64,000 nucleotides of DNA. Source: Scyliorhinus canicula. Its lineage: Eukaryota. The stretch is taken from the NCBI RefSeq assembly GCF_902713615.1, contig NW_024055431.1, forward strand, positions 62,001 through 126,000, written 5' to 3'. Positions 62,425 through 64,000 of the stretch are shown here, in pieces; position 1 is the stretch's first letter; the number at the start of each line of letters is the position of its first letter. The translations under genes and the position numbers were made by a program. Below the pieces are notes generated by a model. That model had not been told where the DNA came from and did not search any database. It was given only the letters and a program-made list of their open reading frames with translations.

Positions 62425-62645
62425 CTTTTTAAAAATAAATTTAGAGTGCCCAATTCATTTTTTCCAATTCAGGGACAATTTAGCGTGGCCAATCCACCTA
62501 ACCAGCACATCTTTGGGTTGTTGGGGTGAAACCCACACAAACACGGGGAGAATGTGCAAACTCCACACGAACAGTGACCCGGGGCCGGGATCGGGATCGA
62601 ACCATGAGACAGCAGTGCAACTCACTGTGCCACCGTGCTGCCCTC
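62425..62645 (-). mobile_element. HE1-like SINE
   Basis: GGGCAGCACGGTGGCACAGTG head on the - strand. Confidence 0.85.
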
Positions 62646-62829
62646 GTCAAACACTGTCCTGTGAGGTAATGAGTCCTTTTGCTTCCCAATTGGCTGAGGA
62701 AGGCAGTGTGTCACAAGGACGGATGTGTTGACCAATTAATGGCTGGAGGATGGGGGCAGGTCATGTGATCAAACCTCCAGGAATACATTTAATCAAAGTT
62801 GGCGAGGAGAGAATGTTGTGAATTTCTAT

Positions 62830-63060
62830 CCTAAACTGACAGTGAGGTTTCTGTAAATTTACAGGATACTGGAAGTGGAGGTTTAACAGGCGGGAAACGC
62901 AAACCAAACTTCACATCGCGATCTGACAGAGTCACTCGATTCATCAGAACCTGAATATCAGCAGCATCTGGGTGTGGAAGGTAAAAGGTTTGTCTGTTCT
63001 GTCTGTGAGGGAAGATTTCAGGTCTCAGTGTGACTGGAAAAGCCCGAGATTCACAAACCC
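62830..63060 (+). pseudogene. ZNF 5' exon relic
   Basis: TTTACAG acceptor; FVCSVCEGRFQVSV*LEK; truncated by repeats. Confidence 0.75.
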
Positions 63061-63221
63061 TGGTTAGACCAAACCTGGAGAACTGTGTTCAGTTCTGGAC
63101 AACAAACCAGAGGATGGATAGAATGGCCTCGGAGGGAGTATAGCACAGCTTTACCTGAATGATATCTGAACTCTCCAGGGTTAAATTTTAAAGCGAGATT
63201 AGACAGAAATGTCAGAGTCAG

Positions 63222-63445
63222 CTGTCAGCACGGTGGCGCAGTGAGTAACACTGCTGCCTCACAGAGCCGAGGTCGCAGGTTCAATCCCGGCTCTGGGTCA
63301 CTGTCCATGTGCAGTTTGCACATTCTCCCCGTGTTTGCTTGTGTTTTGCCCCCACAACCCAAAGATGTGCAGGCTAGGTGGATTGACTGCACTGAATTGC
63401 CCCTTGATTGGAAAAAAATGAATTGGGTACTTTAAATTTATTTTT
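63222..63445 (+). mobile_element. HE1-like SINE
   Basis: CAGCACGGTGGCGCAGTGAGTAAC head. Confidence 0.8.
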
Positions 63446-63449
63446 AAAA

Positions 63450-64000
63450 AATAGAAAAAGGGCAGAGAAGGGCATTCGGTCCATTGAGTCCATGCTAGCT
63501 CTAATCAGCATGGTTAGCACTGTTGCTTCATAGCGCCAGGGAAGGATAGAATGGCCTTGGAGGGAGTGTAGCACAGATTTACCTGAGTGATATCTGAACC
63601 CTCCGAGGTTAAATTACAAAACTAGATTACACAAAACAGTCAGAGACATGATGGCACAGAGAATGGCATTCGGCCCATTGAATCCATGCTAGCTCTCTGG
63701 AGCAATCCAGTCAGTGCCATTCTCCTGCTTCCTGTATCCTCGCAGGTTTATTTCCCTCAGATGTCTATCCAATTTCCTTTTGAAATCAAATGATTCATTG
63801 TGTCTATTTTCAAACTCCCTCACAGGCAGCAAGTTTCAGGTCATTGCCGCTCGCTGTGTAAAAACATATCTCTTATCCCATCATATCTCCTGTACCTTTT
63901 ACATACAAACTAGGAACAGGCCACTCGGCCCCTCGAGCCTGCTCAGCATTCAATTTGATTGTGGCTGATCTCATTCTCACCTCAACTCCACATTCCTGCC
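63450..64000 (-). mobile_element. CR1 3' fragments
   Basis: Inverted near-identical copy of ~45700-46150. Confidence 0.75.

Overview
Cartilaginous-fish (shark) genomic DNA; the repeat landscape suggests a catshark-like species, which is inference only. Positions ~0.3-21.9 kb hold one complete, unrearranged IgM heavy-chain cluster on the + strand: leader, VH, D1, D2, JH, an 11.6-kb J-C intron, Cmu1-4 with secretory tail, and TM1/TM2. All splice phases are compatible and RSS spacers follow the shark pattern (V 23; D1 12/22; D2 12/12; J 23). The J-C intron has three diverged tandem units just 3' of JH, a 6.4-kb G-poor tract, an abrupt 0.7-kb G-rich tract, and then a 10 x 29-bp array with 19 AGCT motifs. 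That array lies 430 bp upstream of Cmu1 and is built from a tRNA-SINE A-box; it is the most interesting candidate (switch-like or enhancer element). From ~22 kb onward is a birth-and-death cluster of finger-only C2H2 zinc-finger genes: 2 intact ORFs and about 7 relics, with four related NRF1/YY1 CpG promoters. The region also has one tRNA-Arg(ACG), a 5.4-kb L1 inserted at a ZNF poly(A) signal, a 42 x 35-bp minisatellite born from a CR1 tail, and dense HE1-like SINEs and CR1 fragments. Coordinates were read by hand; repeat boundaries are approximate.
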